A stretch of DNA of 64,000 bases from Caldimonas sp. GTDB taxonomy: Bacteria > Pseudomonadota > Gammaproteobacteria > Burkholderiales > Burkholderiaceae_C. Below, one piece after another: positions 20,245 to 30,440 of the stretch. Position 1 is the stretch's first letter; each line of letters begins with the position of its first letter. The DNA is taken from the NCBI GenBank assembly GCA_040007855.1, contig JBDTUG010000001.1:4102-68101 (forward strand), written 5' to 3'. A program made the position numbers and the translations under genes. Under the pieces are notes generated by a model. It was not told where the DNA came from. It saw nothing but the letters and a program-made list of their open reading frames with translations, and ran no database searches.

Positions 20245-20931
20245 CTATCCGAGGTGCTTGCCGAAGTGGTACAGCGAGCGTTCGAGCGCGGTCGCCGCGG
20301 CGCCGGCGTTGTAGGAGCCGCGCTGATCGCAATTGAAGCCGTGATTGGCAGCGTAGAGATGGACTTCGACTTCCGGATGCGCGCGCTGGAGCGCCTTCAC
20401 GCTCTCGACCGAAATGTGGGCGTCCTGATCACCGAAGTGCGCCATCGTCGGTACCGCGGGCCTGCGCGACGGCTCGCCGCCGACCGTCATGCCGCCGCCG
20501 TAGTAGCACACCGCCGCGGACAGGCCGCGCACTTTCTCGGCCGAGCGCCAGACCAGCAGGCCGCCCCAGCAGTAGCCGACGATGCCGACCTTGCCAGCCC
20601 TGGCGGCGTAGTCGACCGCAGCCTGGATCTCCTGCAGCACCCCCGGCGCCGGAAGCGCCTCGACCGCGGCCTTCAGGCGCGATCCACGGGTCACGTCGTC
20701 GGCCGTGTAGCCGAGCTGGACGTTGCGCTCGATGCGGTCGAACGTCGCCGGCGCGATCGCGAGGTATCCGGCCGCCGCGTATCCGTCGGTCACAGCGCGG
20801 ATGTGGGAGTTGACGCCGAAGATCTCCTGCAGCACGACGACCGCGCCCTTCGGCGCGCCCGACGGCTCGGACAGATAGGCGGATGAGCTGAAGCCGTCGG
20901 CGGCGGTGAGCGTCATGGGGGAAGAAGACAT
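20245..20931 (-). CDS. Dienelactone hydrolase family protein
   Basis: QEIFGVN, GYCWGG, HFGDQD, HGFNCD. Confidence 0.92.
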   Translation of the reverse strand: MSSSPMTLTAADGFSSSAYLSEPSGAPKGAVVVLQEIFGVNSHIRAVTDGYAAAGYLAIAPATFDRIERNVQLGYTADDVTRGSRLKAAVEALPAPGVLQEIQAAVDYAARAGKVGIVGYCWGGLLVWRSAEKVRGLSAAVCYYGGGMTVGGEPSRRPAVPTMAHFGDQDAHISVESVKALQRAHPEVEVHLYAANHGFNCDQRGSYNAGAAATALERSLYHFGKHLG

Positions 20932-21176
20932 GGCGAGAAACTCCTGGTTGGTCGAGCAGCGGCAGGTGGTGCCGCTTCGGGTCCCCCGACTTATACCGTT
21001 CGCATGGCCTTATCGCTTGTGGCATTGGCGATCTCGGCCGGGAACGCGATCCGGCCAGCGATCCGCGCGCATCGCCCTTGTCGGTCGAGGCCGCCACCTC
21101 TTGCATCGGGCGCGGATCTCAACGACCTGACAGCCTGGACTCCGAAGGTCGAGCGGCGGCTCGGGCGAGTCTCGAG

Positions 21177-24100
21177 TCATGTCGGCGCCGATGCCAGCGC
21201 CTCGCGAAGCTCGATGATCTTGCGGCCGAGCTCCGAGTCGGGACCCGCTCCGGTCGTGGCGGCGAGCGTTGCGGCCTCGGCGAGCGCGGCGCGGGCGGCG
21301 CCAAGGTCGCGGGCGGTGATCTCGACCTTCCCCCAGGCGCAGAGGAGCTTGGCGAGTTCCACCCCGTCGCCGACTTCTCGCAGAAGCGCGTCGCCCGTCC
21401 GGAACGCTTCGACGGCTTCTCCGGCATGTCCTTGCCTGGCCAGAACGTCTCCCAGACTTCCGAGGACGGAGCCCTGGACCCGGCGGTCGCCCACCTCGCA
21501 GGCAATGGCGAGCGCGGCCTCGAAGTGCGCCCGCGCGTCGTCCATCTCGCCCTGCTTCAGGTGCAGGTTGCCCAGATTGACGAGTACGGCGCCCTCGAAG
21601 CGTCGGTTGCCCATCTGGCGGTCAATGGCGAGCGCGGCCTCGAAGTGCGCCCGCGCCTCGTCGAACCTGCCCTGCTCCAGGTCGAGGTTGCCCAGGTTGC
21701 CGAGTACGGCGCCCTCGAAGCGTCGGTTGCCAACCTCGCGATCAATGGCGAGCGCGGCCTCGTAGTGCGTCCGCGCCTCGTCCATCCTGCCCTGCTCCAG
21801 GTCCAGGCTGCCCAGATTGCCGAGTATGGCGCCCTCGGTGCGGCGGTTGCCAATCTCGCGGGCAATGACGAGCCCGGCCTCGCAGTGCTCCCGCGCCTCG
21901 TCCATCCGGCCCTGGTCGCCATGCAGGATGGCCAGGTTGCCGAGCACGATGCCCTCGAGGCGTCGGTCGCCCATCTCGTGGTGAATGGCGAGCGCAGCTT
22001 CGTAGTGCGCGCGCGCCTCTTCCATCCGGCCCTGCTCCATGTGGAGGTTACCCAGGTTGCCGAGTGCGCTGCCCTCGAAACGTCGGTCGCCGACGCCGCG
22101 GTGAATGGCGAGCGCGGCCTCGTAGCATGTGCGTGCCTCGTCCATTCGGCCCTGCCCACGGTGCAGGTCGCCCAGGCTGCCCAGGGTGTGGCCTTCGCCG
22201 TGGTGCTTGCCCAACTCGCGGTGAATGGCGAGCGCGACCTGCAAGTGCGCCAGCGCTTGCATCACCTGGCCGCTCTCGCAGCGCAGACTCCCCAGGAGCC
22301 GCAGGACGGTGCCCTCCGGATGCCGGTCACCGGCCTCGCGCGCGAGAGCGAGTGCCTGTTCGTACCCGGTCACGGCCTCTTCCGTGCGTCCGGAGTATTC
22401 GCAGGCCCGCGCCCGAGTCGCGAGTGTTGCGGCGCGCAGCGCAGAGCCGAGCCCCTCGAGGGCGAGCACCTGCGCGCCCAGGCCCATTCCTAGCGAAAAG
22501 GGGCCCTGAAGGCCCAGCACCTCCCAGGCCGCGCGGTAAGTGGCGACCGCGATCGCCCCGTCATTGCGGCCAATCGCCCTTCGGCACGCGGCGACAAGGT
22601 TGTCGAGCTCGATGGCGATTGCGTGGCGTCGCCTGACGCCACCGTGGGCATGTAGCGCCTCCAGCGCCTCCTCCGCCCCGAAACGCGCGAAATAGCGCCC
22701 ATGCCGCTCCTTCGCCGCCGGTTCCGCAGCGGGCCCGTTCGCCTCGAGCTTTTCTGCCGCGTACTCACGGATGCTCACATACATCCCGAAGTACGGCTCG
22801 TCGATGTCGTAGCGGCTCTGCGCGGCCGGGACCCAGGTGCGCAGCAGGCTCTTGTCCACCAGCGCCTGCACCGCGTCGAGTGTCGGTGGAGCGGCCGGGC
22901 ATCCCGAAAGGTCCAGCACCGCCTCCGCCGCCTCCAGCGTGAAGCCGCCCTCGAACACCGAACACTGGCTCAGGGCAGCCTGCTCCCACGGCGTCAGCAG
23001 ATCCCAGGACCAGTCGATCGCCGCGCGCAGCGTCGCCTGGCGCGCCACGGCGCCGCGGGCTCCGGCAAGCAGGCTGAAGCGGTCCTCGAGCCGTTCGACG
23101 ATTTGTGCGGGAGACAGAACCCGCACCCGCGCCGCGGCGAGCTCGATCGCCAGCGGCAGCCCGTCGAGCAGGCGCACCACCTCGGCCACGGCGGAGCGAT
23201 GGGTCTCGGTCAGCACGAAGTCGGGCCGCTGCGCCCGAGCGCGGGCCACGAACAGCTCGATCGCTTCCTTGTCGAGCGACAGCGGCTCGATCGGGAAGAT
23301 TTCCTCGCCCGCGAGGTGCAGTCGCTCGCGACTGGTAACGACGAAGGCGGCGCCGACAGCGCGGTCGAGCCAGCGGCCGACCGTGGTGGCGGCGTGTGGA
23401 AGAACCTGCTCGAAGTTGTCGAGGATGAGCAGGCAGTGGCCGCGCCCGGCGATCGCGTGGCCGAGTTGCACCACCGGGTCGTCCTTGCCCAGCGGGACGT
23501 CAAGGGCAGAGGCGACGGCGAAGCAGATGCCGTCGAGCGAACGGGCTTCGGAGAGATCGCAGAAGTAGATGCCGCCGGGCCAGTCGCCGAGCCAGCTCCA
23601 GCCGTACCGGCGCACCAACCGCGTCTTTCCGATGCCGCCCGGGCCGAGCACGGTGAGCAGCCGCACGCCGGCGTCGACCCGTGAGGCAAGCATGCGCAAC
23701 TCCCCGGCCCGGCCGACGAAGGCGTCGCGCTCGGCGGGCAGGTTGTGGCGCACCTCGCGCACCGGGCGCCACAAGTCCCCGGCGGGCACCACCCGATGCG
23801 CCTTGTCGGCATCGGCCGGCGCGACGAAGGCCGCAATGCCGCTCACGCCCAGTTCGAACACCTCGACCGGCGCTTCGATCCCTTTGAGCCGGTAGTGGCC
23901 GTGGCTCTCGATCTCCGCCCCTTCGGGTTGCTTGTCGCCGAGCGCCGTGCGCGCGGCGGCGCTCAACAGCGTCTGGCCGCCGCTGGCGAGCGCCATGATG
24001 CGTGCTGCGAACGGCTTGGCCAGGCCCTCGACCTCGACCGGCTTGGCGCCCCGGGCGATGTCCTCGGGCGCGTTCTCGCGCAGCGTGACCGTACCGACGT

Positions 24101-24362
24101 GCAGGCCGGCGCGAGCGCTGAACTCCAGGTCCGCCAGTGCCCGGTGGTATGCAAGCGCGTAACGGGCGGCGTCGCCGGCGTCGTCGAACAGCAGGAAGAA
24201 ACCGTCGGTGCGGTCGATCTCGCGGCCGCGGTGGCGAACGAGCAGGTCGCGCGCGCAGCGATCGTGCTCGGCCCACGCCTGCGCAGAGCGTGCGTCGCCC
24301 ATTTGCTCGGCCAGCAGCGTGCTGTCCACCACGTCGGTAAAGAGCAGGGCACGGCGGGTCAT
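21177..24362 (-). CDS. Class III nucleotide-cyclase-like domain + STAND-type ATPase + TPR repeats
   Basis: FTDVVDST/RAGLHVG cyclase; HNLPAERDAFVGR, GPGGIGKT, LILDNFE, DGLPLAIELAAAR; C-terminal 40-aa repeats. Confidence 0.85.
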   Translation of the reverse strand: MTRRALLFTDVVDSTLLAEQMGDARSAQAWAEHDRCARDLLVRHRGREIDRTDGFFLLFDDAGDAARYALAYHRALADLEFSARAGLHVGTVTLRENAPEDIARGAKPVEVEGLAKPFAARIMALASGGQTLLSAAARTALGDKQPEGAEIESHGHYRLKGIEAPVEVFELGVSGIAAFVAPADADKAHRVVPAGDLWRPVREVRHNLPAERDAFVGRAGELRMLASRVDAGVRLLTVLGPGGIGKTRLVRRYGWSWLGDWPGGIYFCDLSEARSLDGICFAVASALDVPLGKDDPVVQLGHAIAGRGHCLLILDNFEQVLPHAATTVGRWLDRAVGAAFVVTSRERLHLAGEEIFPIEPLSLDKEAIELFVARARAQRPDFVLTETHRSAVAEVVRLLDGLPLAIELAAARVRVLSPAQIVERLEDRFSLLAGARGAVARQATLRAAIDWSWDLLTPWEQAALSQCSVFEGGFTLEAAEAVLDLSGCPAAPPTLDAVQALVDKSLLRTWVPAAQSRYDIDEPYFGMYVSIREYAAEKLEANGPAAEPAAKERHGRYFARFGAEEALEALHAHGGVRRRHAIAIELDNLVAACRRAIGRNDGAIAVATYRAAWEVLGLQGPFSLGMGLGAQVLALEGLGSALRAATLATRARACEYSGRTEEAVTGYEQALALAREAGDRHPEGTVLRLLGSLRCESGQVMQALAHLQVALAIHRELGKHHGEGHTLGSLGDLHRGQGRMDEARTCYEAALAIHRGVGDRRFEGSALGNLGNLHMEQGRMEEARAHYEAALAIHHEMGDRRLEGIVLGNLAILHGDQGRMDEAREHCEAGLVIAREIGNRRTEGAILGNLGSLDLEQGRMDEARTHYEAALAIDREVGNRRFEGAVLGNLGNLDLEQGRFDEARAHFEAALAIDRQMGNRRFEGAVLVNLGNLHLKQGEMDDARAHFEAALAIACEVGDRRVQGSVLGSLGDVLARQGHAGEAVEAFRTGDALLREVGDGVELAKLLCAWGKVEITARDLGAARAALAEAATLAATTGAGPDSELGRKIIELREALASAPT
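21480..22330 (-). repeat. About 7 tandem 120-bp units encoding 40-aa TPR-like repeats
   Basis: AATGGCGAGCGC-type core recurs every 120 bp (about 21504, 21624, 21744, 21864, 21984, 22104, 22224); protein unit EGAVLGNLGNL.LEQGR.DEAR.H.EAALAI.RE.G.RR. Confidence 0.9.
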
Positions 24363-24560
24363 GCGAGCGCCTCTGGCGTGAAACCTGGCGTTGATCTCCG
24401 GAACGGCGCGTTCGTATCGGCTTCGGTACGTTTGGAGTCGCGCACCTGGAAGTGACACTCTTGCGCGGCGCTGTGCATAGGATTCTCAAACGCCATGTTC
24501 GGTCGTGTCCCGCCTGAGGGTGCAAGTCCACAGCCCGGACAAGGCCGAGAAGCGCGGCTC

Positions 24561-24800
24561 TCAGCGGGCCACAGCGGACGGCCGAGAGGGAACAGTATCG
24601 CTGAGGGTTTGCAGCCGCTCAAGTTCATGTAGCGACGGTTGAGGGACCCCGTTCGTCGTTCTCCGCGAGCACGCGCCGACGAGGCGAGTGATCGAAGCGT
24701 CGTCGGGGAAGATGCCGACGACGTCGGTCATCGCGGATTCGTGCCAGGCGGCGCGGCGCTCGTGCTGGCTGTATGCCGTCGACAACGAGGTCGTGTGGCA
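24561..24800 (-). mobile_element. IS256-family transposase C-terminal remnant
   Basis: TDVVGIFPDDASITRLVGA, VLAENDE and LERLQTL spread across frames. Confidence 0.75.
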
Positions 24801-24983
24801 GGCCGATGCGGGGCAGCGCATCGGCAGCAAGCAAGCACTGGGCACTCTGCCGACCGCGAAGCCGTGAGTCTCCGGCGTCGCGTCTTCAGAACGACCAGGT
24901 CCGGGCCAGACAGACGATCCGCCGCCTCGACACCTCGCAAGGTCTCGAGCCCGTCAACGCGTCGCAATCAGGAGCACTCCGCG

Positions 24984-26084
24984 TCAGGTCGGGTTCGCGG
25001 ACGCCTGAACGATGCCCCAGTCTTCCATCACTTCCTGCAGCGTCGCCGCGCACGGCGGGCGCGGCTGCTCCGCGGGCGTGCGCGAAAAACGCGGCGCCGG
25101 CGCCGGCTGGACGATGCCGTCGACGGCGACGAAGGTCCGGCGGGCCTGGTTGTGGGGATGCTCCGGCGCCTCGTCCCAGTCGAGCACCGGGGCGAAGCAG
25201 GCGTCCGTGCCCTCGAGCAGCGCGCACCATTCGTCGCGGTTGCGGGTGCGGAAAATGTCGGCCAGGCGCAGCCTGAGCAGCGGCCATCGCCTCGTGTCCA
25301 TCTGCTCGTCGAACAGGGGATCGGCGATGCCGCAGCGCTCGCGCAGCTCGGCGTAGAACTGGGGCTCGATCGCGCCGATCGCCACGAAGCGCCCGTCGGC
25401 GCAGGCATAGGTGTCATAGAAATGGGCGCCGCCGTCGAGCAGGTTCTCGCCGCGCCGGTTGCTCCAGCGGCCCTGGGCCTTCAGGCCGTAGGTGAAGGCC
25501 GACAGCAGCGAGGCGCCGTCGGTCATTGCCGCGTCGATCACCTGGCCGCGGCCGGATTGCCGGGCCTCGTGGAGCGCGGCCAGAAGCCCGACCGCGAGCA
25601 GCATGCCGCCACCGCCGAAGTCGCCGACCAGATTCAGCGGCGGCACCGGCGGCGCATCGGCCCGGCCGATCGCGTGCAGGGCGCCGGTGAGGGCGATGTA
25701 GTTGATGTCGTGGCCGGCCGCGAGGGCCAGTGGCCCGGACTGTCCCCAGCCGGTCATCCGACCGTAGAGCAGGCGAGGGTTGCGCTGCAAACAGACGTCC
25801 GGGCCGAGGCCGAGGCGCTCCATCACCTGCGGCCGGTAGCCCTCGATCAGCATGTCGGCGCGCCCGATCATCGCCAGCACCGCCTGCACGTTGTCGGCCT
25901 GGCGCAGGTCGAGGCCGATCGAGCGGCGGCTGCGCGTCGTCACCTCGGCCGGGTCGACCCGGACGCCCGGCCGGGTGATGCTGATCACGTCGGCGCCGAG
26001 ATCGGCCAGGACCATGGCGCAGAACGGCGCAGGGCCCAGCCCCGCCAATTCCACCACCTTCACGCCTGCCAGGGGGCCGTTCAT
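24984..26084 (-). CDS. CaiB/BaiF CoA-transferase (alpha-methylacyl-CoA racemase-like)
   Basis: [46 protein letters not shown]. Confidence 0.92.
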   Translation of the reverse strand: MNGPLAGVKVVELAGLGPAPFCAMVLADLGADVISITRPGVRVDPAEVTTRSRRSIGLDLRQADNVQAVLAMIGRADMLIEGYRPQVMERLGLGPDVCLQRNPRLLYGRMTGWGQSGPLALAAGHDINYIALTGALHAIGRADAPPVPPLNLVGDFGGGGMLLAVGLLAALHEARQSGRGQVIDAAMTDGASLLSAFTYGLKAQGRWSNRRGENLLDGGAHFYDTYACADGRFVAIGAIEPQFYAELRERCGIADPLFDEQMDTRRWPLLRLRLADIFRTRNRDEWCALLEGTDACFAPVLDWDEAPEHPHNQARRTFVAVDGIVQPAPAPRFSRTPAEQPRPPCAATLQEVMEDWGIVQASANPT

Positions 26085-26267
26085 CTCACCAACTCCTTCA
26101 TCCGTCGACGGCGACGATTTCGACTGCGCGACGGGCCACGCCCGCCGCCCGTGCAGCGAACCGATGATGCGGCCTCGCCTCGGGCACGGGTTGGATTGTC
26201 CGCCGCCATCGGGCACGTGCCAGGGATCAGCGCCGCGCCGTCGCGCGACGGGCTCCATGGCTTGCAA

Positions 26268-26281
26268 TTGATGGGGATCAA
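26268..26281. promoter_or_regulatory. FNR/FixK box TTGAT-GGGG-ATCAA
   Basis: Perfect consensus palindrome about 110 bp upstream of the ORF at 26389. Confidence 0.8.
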
Positions 26282-26388
26282 GGCTGATCGCCTGCACTTG
26301 CCTATCGTTGGATCGGTCGCTGTGCAGCCGGGGCTGGCGCCGCGGCTTTCCCCATGCACGAAGAGCCCATGCACGCTGTGAGGATCGA

Positions 26389-27468
26389 GTGACGACGCCC
26401 AACACTCTCGGAGTCCTGCCGGTCAAGGTGCCGCCCGAGGTGCTCGGAAAGGTCGGCGAATGCTTCGCCGTGTCGCTCTCTTCGCTGCAGCGGATGCTGC
26501 AAGCCACGGGCGCCCCGCCCCAAGACCTTCCACACAGGCTCGATGCGGCCCTGGCCGAGATTTCGCGCCTGGAGCGGTTCGGGGTCCAGATCCAGCAACT
26601 CGCCCGGGTGCTCGGCGGCAGGACGACGCTGACCTACGAACGTGTCGATCTGGCGGCGGCGGCGCGGGCGGCCGCGAGCGAGTGGAACCGGATCCTTCAG
26701 CCCTCGGCCACGGCGACCGCCGCGACCGGATTCGCTGCTCTCGACGTCGACGCCGCGGCCCTGTCGCAGCTGCTCGACCTCGGGCTCGAGTACGCGTTGC
26801 GCTCGGGCCCGTCGGTCGCGGTGGGGGTCGATTCGCAGGGAGAGCCGGCACGGCCGATGCTCACGATCCGGACGCGGCGCTCCCCAGAACGGGAACCGGG
26901 CGCCGGGGAAATCGACGAGATCCACTGGCTTCTCTTCGTTCAGCTGGCCAAGGCGATGGGCCTGACGCCGAGTCGCACGACCGTCGGCGAGACATTGACG
27001 CTGACGCTGGGCTTCCCCGACCACGAGGCCGAGGGCGCGCAGAGTGCGGCGCTGCCGCATACCGCCAGCCCCGCCGGTCGTCGCGTTCTGCTGGTCGAGC
27101 CGCACGACTTCGTGCGCGAGCACGCCTTCCGCCTGCTGCGGGACATCGGCGTCCATGTCGATGCCGCAAGCTCGATCGAACAGGCCCGTGCCGGGCTTCA
27201 CGACGCGTGGCCGGACGCGGTGATCACCGGCATTCCGGTTGGGGATGCGCGCTGCGCGATGCTGATCGAGGAAATTCGCGCGCAGCGACCGCGCCTGCGA
27301 GTGATCGAGCTGACCGACGACGAATACGCCTTCTCGATGTCGGTTCCCGGTTCGGACAGTCCCGCCCGGGTCGGCCGTGACGACATGGTGCAAACGCTTG
27401 CCCGCGCCCTGGCCCAGGAGCTCGATGCCGTCTGGCCCGAAGCAGCGCCGCCCTCGTCCCCCGGATAG
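26389..27468 (+). CDS. Hypothetical signalling protein: degenerate kinase-like region plus C-terminal receiver-like domain
   Basis: [10 protein letters not shown] and [13 protein letters not shown] resemble HATPase remnants without H/G boxes; [14 protein letters not shown]...PDAVIT is receiver-like. Confidence 0.6.
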   Translation: MTTPNTLGVLPVKVPPEVLGKVGECFAVSLSSLQRMLQATGAPPQDLPHRLDAALAEISRLERFGVQIQQLARVLGGRTTLTYERVDLAAAARAAASEWNRILQPSATATAATGFAALDVDAAALSQLLDLGLEYALRSGPSVAVGVDSQGEPARPMLTIRTRRSPEREPGAGEIDEIHWLLFVQLAKAMGLTPSRTTVGETLTLTLGFPDHEAEGAQSAALPHTASPAGRRVLLVEPHDFVREHAFRLLRDIGVHVDAASSIEQARAGLHDAWPDAVITGIPVGDARCAMLIEEIRAQRPRLRVIELTDDEYAFSMSVPGSDSPARVGRDDMVQTLARALAQELDAVWPEAAPPSSPG

Positions 27469-27495
27469 CTGCCTTGCGCCTCGGCCGGCAGGCGC

Positions 27496-28347
27496 TCAAT
27501 GCGCCATCAGGACCGGTACCGGCAATCGCGCAAGCGTCGAACGGGTCACGCCGCCGAACACCCGCTCCCTAAGGCGGTTGTGCCCGTAGCAACCCATCAC
27601 GACAAGATCCGCGCCGAGCTGGCCCGCGAGAGACGCCAGCTCGTCGGCAACGCCGGAGGAAGGAGGACGCAGGTGGACCTTCGATGCAATCCCGTGTCGC
27701 TCCAGCCAGGTGGCGACGTCGAGGCGACTGCAGGGAGCCGCCGGCGGCAAGGCCGCCCAGCTCACGACGTGAACCTGTTCGGCCCGCTGCATGATCGGCA
27801 AGGCCGCGCGCATCGCGCCGGCTGCCTGTGCCGAGCCGTTCCAGGCGAGCAGCACGCAGCTTCCGATCGTCTCCAGGCGGTGCGCCGGAGGCAACACGAT
27901 CGCCGGCACGCCGCTCTCGAGAATCACCGATTCGACGAATCCTGGCGGCGCGCCCCCCGCCGTGCCGGCATCGACCGGCTGACCCAGGATCAGCAGGTCC
28001 GCATAGATGGCTTCGGCCAGGAAGGCGTGCGTGACGGTATCGCCGACCACTTCGCACCAGAGGTTCCCGGACCGGGAACCGGCGAACAGGTCGCGCAGGC
28101 GGGCCCACTCCAGTTGCCGTGGCGTGCCTTCGGCCCCCTCGGCCGCGCGCAGCGCGGCGCCGGCCGAGTAGGCGAATGCCGTCCGGTCAAGGTCGGGACG
28201 GACGCCGAACAGCGCGGTGAGTCGGGCGCCGTGACGCTCAGCCAGCGAATTCGCCAGGGCGAGACGCGCCGCGCTCGCCGGAGTGGCGTCGAGATGGAGC
28301 AGGACCGAGCGGATCGCCGACACGCCCGCCGATGCGCGGGAGGTCAT
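27496..28347 (-). CDS. Universal stress protein (tandem USP)
   Basis: SVLLHLD, YADLLILGQ, LAWNGS, ADLVVMGCYGH.RLRE.VFGGVTR. Confidence 0.9.
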   Translation of the reverse strand: MTSRASAGVSAIRSVLLHLDATPASAARLALANSLAERHGARLTALFGVRPDLDRTAFAYSAGAALRAAEGAEGTPRQLEWARLRDLFAGSRSGNLWCEVVGDTVTHAFLAEAIYADLLILGQPVDAGTAGGAPPGFVESVILESGVPAIVLPPAHRLETIGSCVLLAWNGSAQAAGAMRAALPIMQRAEQVHVVSWAALPPAAPCSRLDVATWLERHGIASKVHLRPPSSGVADELASLAGQLGADLVVMGCYGHNRLRERVFGGVTRSTLARLPVPVLMAH

Positions 28348-28766
28348 CGGATCAGCAGCACCGGCACTGCGCACTTGGCGAGAACCTTGGTCGCCACCGA
28401 GCCCAGCACCAGGTTGACGATCTCGCCGTTACCGCGCGAGCCCATCACGAGCAGGTCGAACTTGCCTTCTTCGGCGAGCCCGGCGATCGACTCGGCGACC
28501 TGGCCGATCGTGTGCACGAAGGTCGCCTCGATGCCCTGCTGCGCGAAGAAGGCGCGGATCGGCTTGAAAACGTCCTCCGCATCGGCCTCGTAGAACTCGC
28601 GAACCGTCTTCGCGCCCACGAATGCGGCGGCGCGATGCGGCACCGCCAGCACGCCGTGGATCACGGTGTATTCATGGCGCGGCCCCAGCAACTCCTCATG
28701 GGCCGCCAGAAAAGCCAGCATCCGCTTGGTGTAGACGCTGCCGTCCGCTGCGACCAGGATCTTCAT
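28344..28766 (-). CDS. Universal stress protein (single domain)
   Basis: MKILVAADGS, FDLLVMGSRG, LGSVATKVL. Confidence 0.92.
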   Translation of the reverse strand: MKILVAADGSVYTKRMLAFLAAHEELLGPRHEYTVIHGVLAVPHRAAAFVGAKTVREFYEADAEDVFKPIRAFFAQQGIEATFVHTIGQVAESIAGLAEEGKFDLLVMGSRGNGEIVNLVLGSVATKVLAKCAVPVLLIR

Positions 28767-28826
28767 CGCTTGCTCCGCCTGGCTGTGATTGCGCAATGAG
28801 TGTCCGGCGCCGGAGCCGAGTCGACC

Positions 28827-28840
28827 TTGACCCCCGTCAA
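28827..28840. promoter_or_regulatory. FNR-like box TTGAC-CCCC-GTCAA
   Basis: Palindromic FNR variant 60 bp upstream of the USP pair. Confidence 0.65.
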
Positions 28841-28863
28841 GGGCGCGGCGGCAGCGGCAACGC

Positions 28864-29010
28864 ATGATCGTCCGGCAGAACCTGGCCTGGGCGCTCGCCT
28901 ACGACGCGACCTGCATTCCGCTGGCGCTGCTCGGCTGGTCCCCCCTGGGCCGCCGGGCTCGGCATGGCACCAGCTCGCTCGTCGTCGTCCGGAACGCCAT
29001 GCGCATCGAT
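28864..29010 (+). pseudogene. Heavy-metal P-type ATPase (FixI/CcoI-like) C-terminal fragment
   Basis: IVRQNLAWALAY..IPLALLG, PWAAGLGMA (other frame), SSLVVVRNAMR. Confidence 0.75.
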
Positions 29011-29050
29011 TTCCCGTTTGAGCCCCTCAGTCCCCCAGAGGAACGCCTTC

Positions 29051-29890
29051 ATGAGCTACAAGACCCTCCTCGTTCACCTCGACGCCGGCCCACGCTGCGC
29101 CGCGCGGATCGCGCTGGCCTGCGACCTTGCCGCGAGATTCGACAGCCGGCTCGTCGCCGTCGCGCCGACCGGCCTGCCCGACCTCATCCTGAGTATCAAC
29201 AGTGCCGTCCCGGACAGCCTCGAGTGCATCGCCCTGCCCGCGGCATCCTTGCGGGAACGGGCGCAGGCGCTGGCGCGCGACTTCGAGCAGCGGTGCAGCG
29301 CGGCCCGGGTGGGGTCGTTCGAATCGCGCGTCGTCGTCGACGAGGCGATCGATGCCGTCGTCCGGCACGGTCGATGCAGCGATCTCGTGATCGTCGGGCA
29401 GCGGGACCCCGGCGCACCGGTAGAGGGGGTCGCGTCCGACTTCCCGCAGCAGGTGCTGCTGCATGCCGGCACGCCGGTGCTGATCGTTCCCCACTCCGGT
29501 TCGTTCGCTTCGGTCGGCCAGCGGGTGCTGATCGCGTGGCAAGAGAAGGCCGAGGCAACGCGAGCGATTCGCGATGCCTTGCCGCTCCTGCGGATCGCCG
29601 AGCGGGTGGTGCTGTGCGAGATCGCCGAAAGCGAGGCCGACGACGGCCCGGCCGAGCGTTTCGAATCGGTTCTCCTGTGGCTTGCCACCCATGGCGTCCA
29701 CGCCAAGGCGCAGCACGAGCCGAAAACGGCCGGAGTCGGCGACAAGCTCCTCTCGCTGGCCGCCGATCTCGGCGTCGACCTGATCGTCGCCGGCGGCTAC
29801 GGGCACTCCCGGCTTCGTGAATGGGTGCTCGGCGGTACCACCCGCCACCTGCTCGAGCACATGACCGTGCCGACCCTGCTGTCGCACTGA
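29051..29890 (+). CDS. Universal stress protein (tandem USP)
   Basis: MSYKTLLVHLD, SDLVIVGQ, DLIVAGGYGHSRLREWVLGGTTR. Confidence 0.92.
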   Translation: MSYKTLLVHLDAGPRCAARIALACDLAARFDSRLVAVAPTGLPDLILSINSAVPDSLECIALPAASLRERAQALARDFEQRCSAARVGSFESRVVVDEAIDAVVRHGRCSDLVIVGQRDPGAPVEGVASDFPQQVLLHAGTPVLIVPHSGSFASVGQRVLIAWQEKAEATRAIRDALPLLRIAERVVLCEIAESEADDGPAERFESVLLWLATHGVHAKAQHEPKTAGVGDKLLSLAADLGVDLIVAGGYGHSRLREWVLGGTTRHLLEHMTVPTLLSH

Positions 29891-29896
29891 GCCCGC

Positions 29897-30030
29897 GTGG
29901 ACATCCTGTTCCTGCTCGCCCCCCTGTCGGTCCTGATCGTCTTCGCGCGCATGGGCGTGTTCGCCTGGGCGCTGCCGGCGAGCCGGTTCGACGATCTGCA
30001 ACGCGAGGGCGGGCGCATCCTGGTCGGCTC
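29897..30030 (+). pseudogene. ccoS: cbb3-type oxidase assembly protein CcoS/FixS, degenerate
   Basis: MDILFLLAPLSVLIV...FAWAL...FDDLQREGGRIL; no proper stop, runs on into a fragment of the next gene. Confidence 0.65.
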
Positions 30031-30119
30031 GCGCGCCGTGCTGATTCTCGCGGCAGGTGCCTCGCCTGCAAGGCTTCGCGCAGACGAGACCGGTGCGCCT
30101 CTTTCGAACCCTGCCGGCC

Positions 30120-30428
30120 AGCGCCCGCGCCGGCCTGGCCGGTGCCTGCCGGGCGGCCGTGCCGTGCGGCTTCCTGCAATCGGCGCTGCTGGTCGCGGCC
30201 CTCGCCACCGGCCCGGTCACCGGCGCCGCCGTGATGGCGGAGTTCGGGCTGGCGTCGATGCTGGGCCTCTGGATCGCCCAGGGCGTCTGGTTCGGCTTGC
30301 GCCACGCCGGCGACGGGCAGCGGTGGGCGACCCTGTCGGTGCGCCTCGCGAGCGCCCTGCTCGCCGGCTCGTCCCTCTTCGCCCTCTGGCAGGGGCTCGG
30401 CTCGGCCCTGTGCCGGATCGACTCCTGA
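30120..30428 (+). pseudogene. DsbD_2/TauE-like membrane protein C-terminal fragment (family found beside cco/fix loci)
   Basis: PCGFLQSALLVAALATGPVTGAAVMAEFGLAS; N-terminal HC.GMCG half missing. Confidence 0.65.
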
Positions 30429-30440
30429 GGCGCGACCCGC

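Noticed and set aside
21480-22330. Possible CRISPR array
   Set aside because: 120-bp in-frame coding repeats without unique spacers; no cas genes
24362-24560. RiPP precursor next to the cyclase-like gene
   Set aside because: No small leader/core-type ORF or maturation enzyme seen on either side
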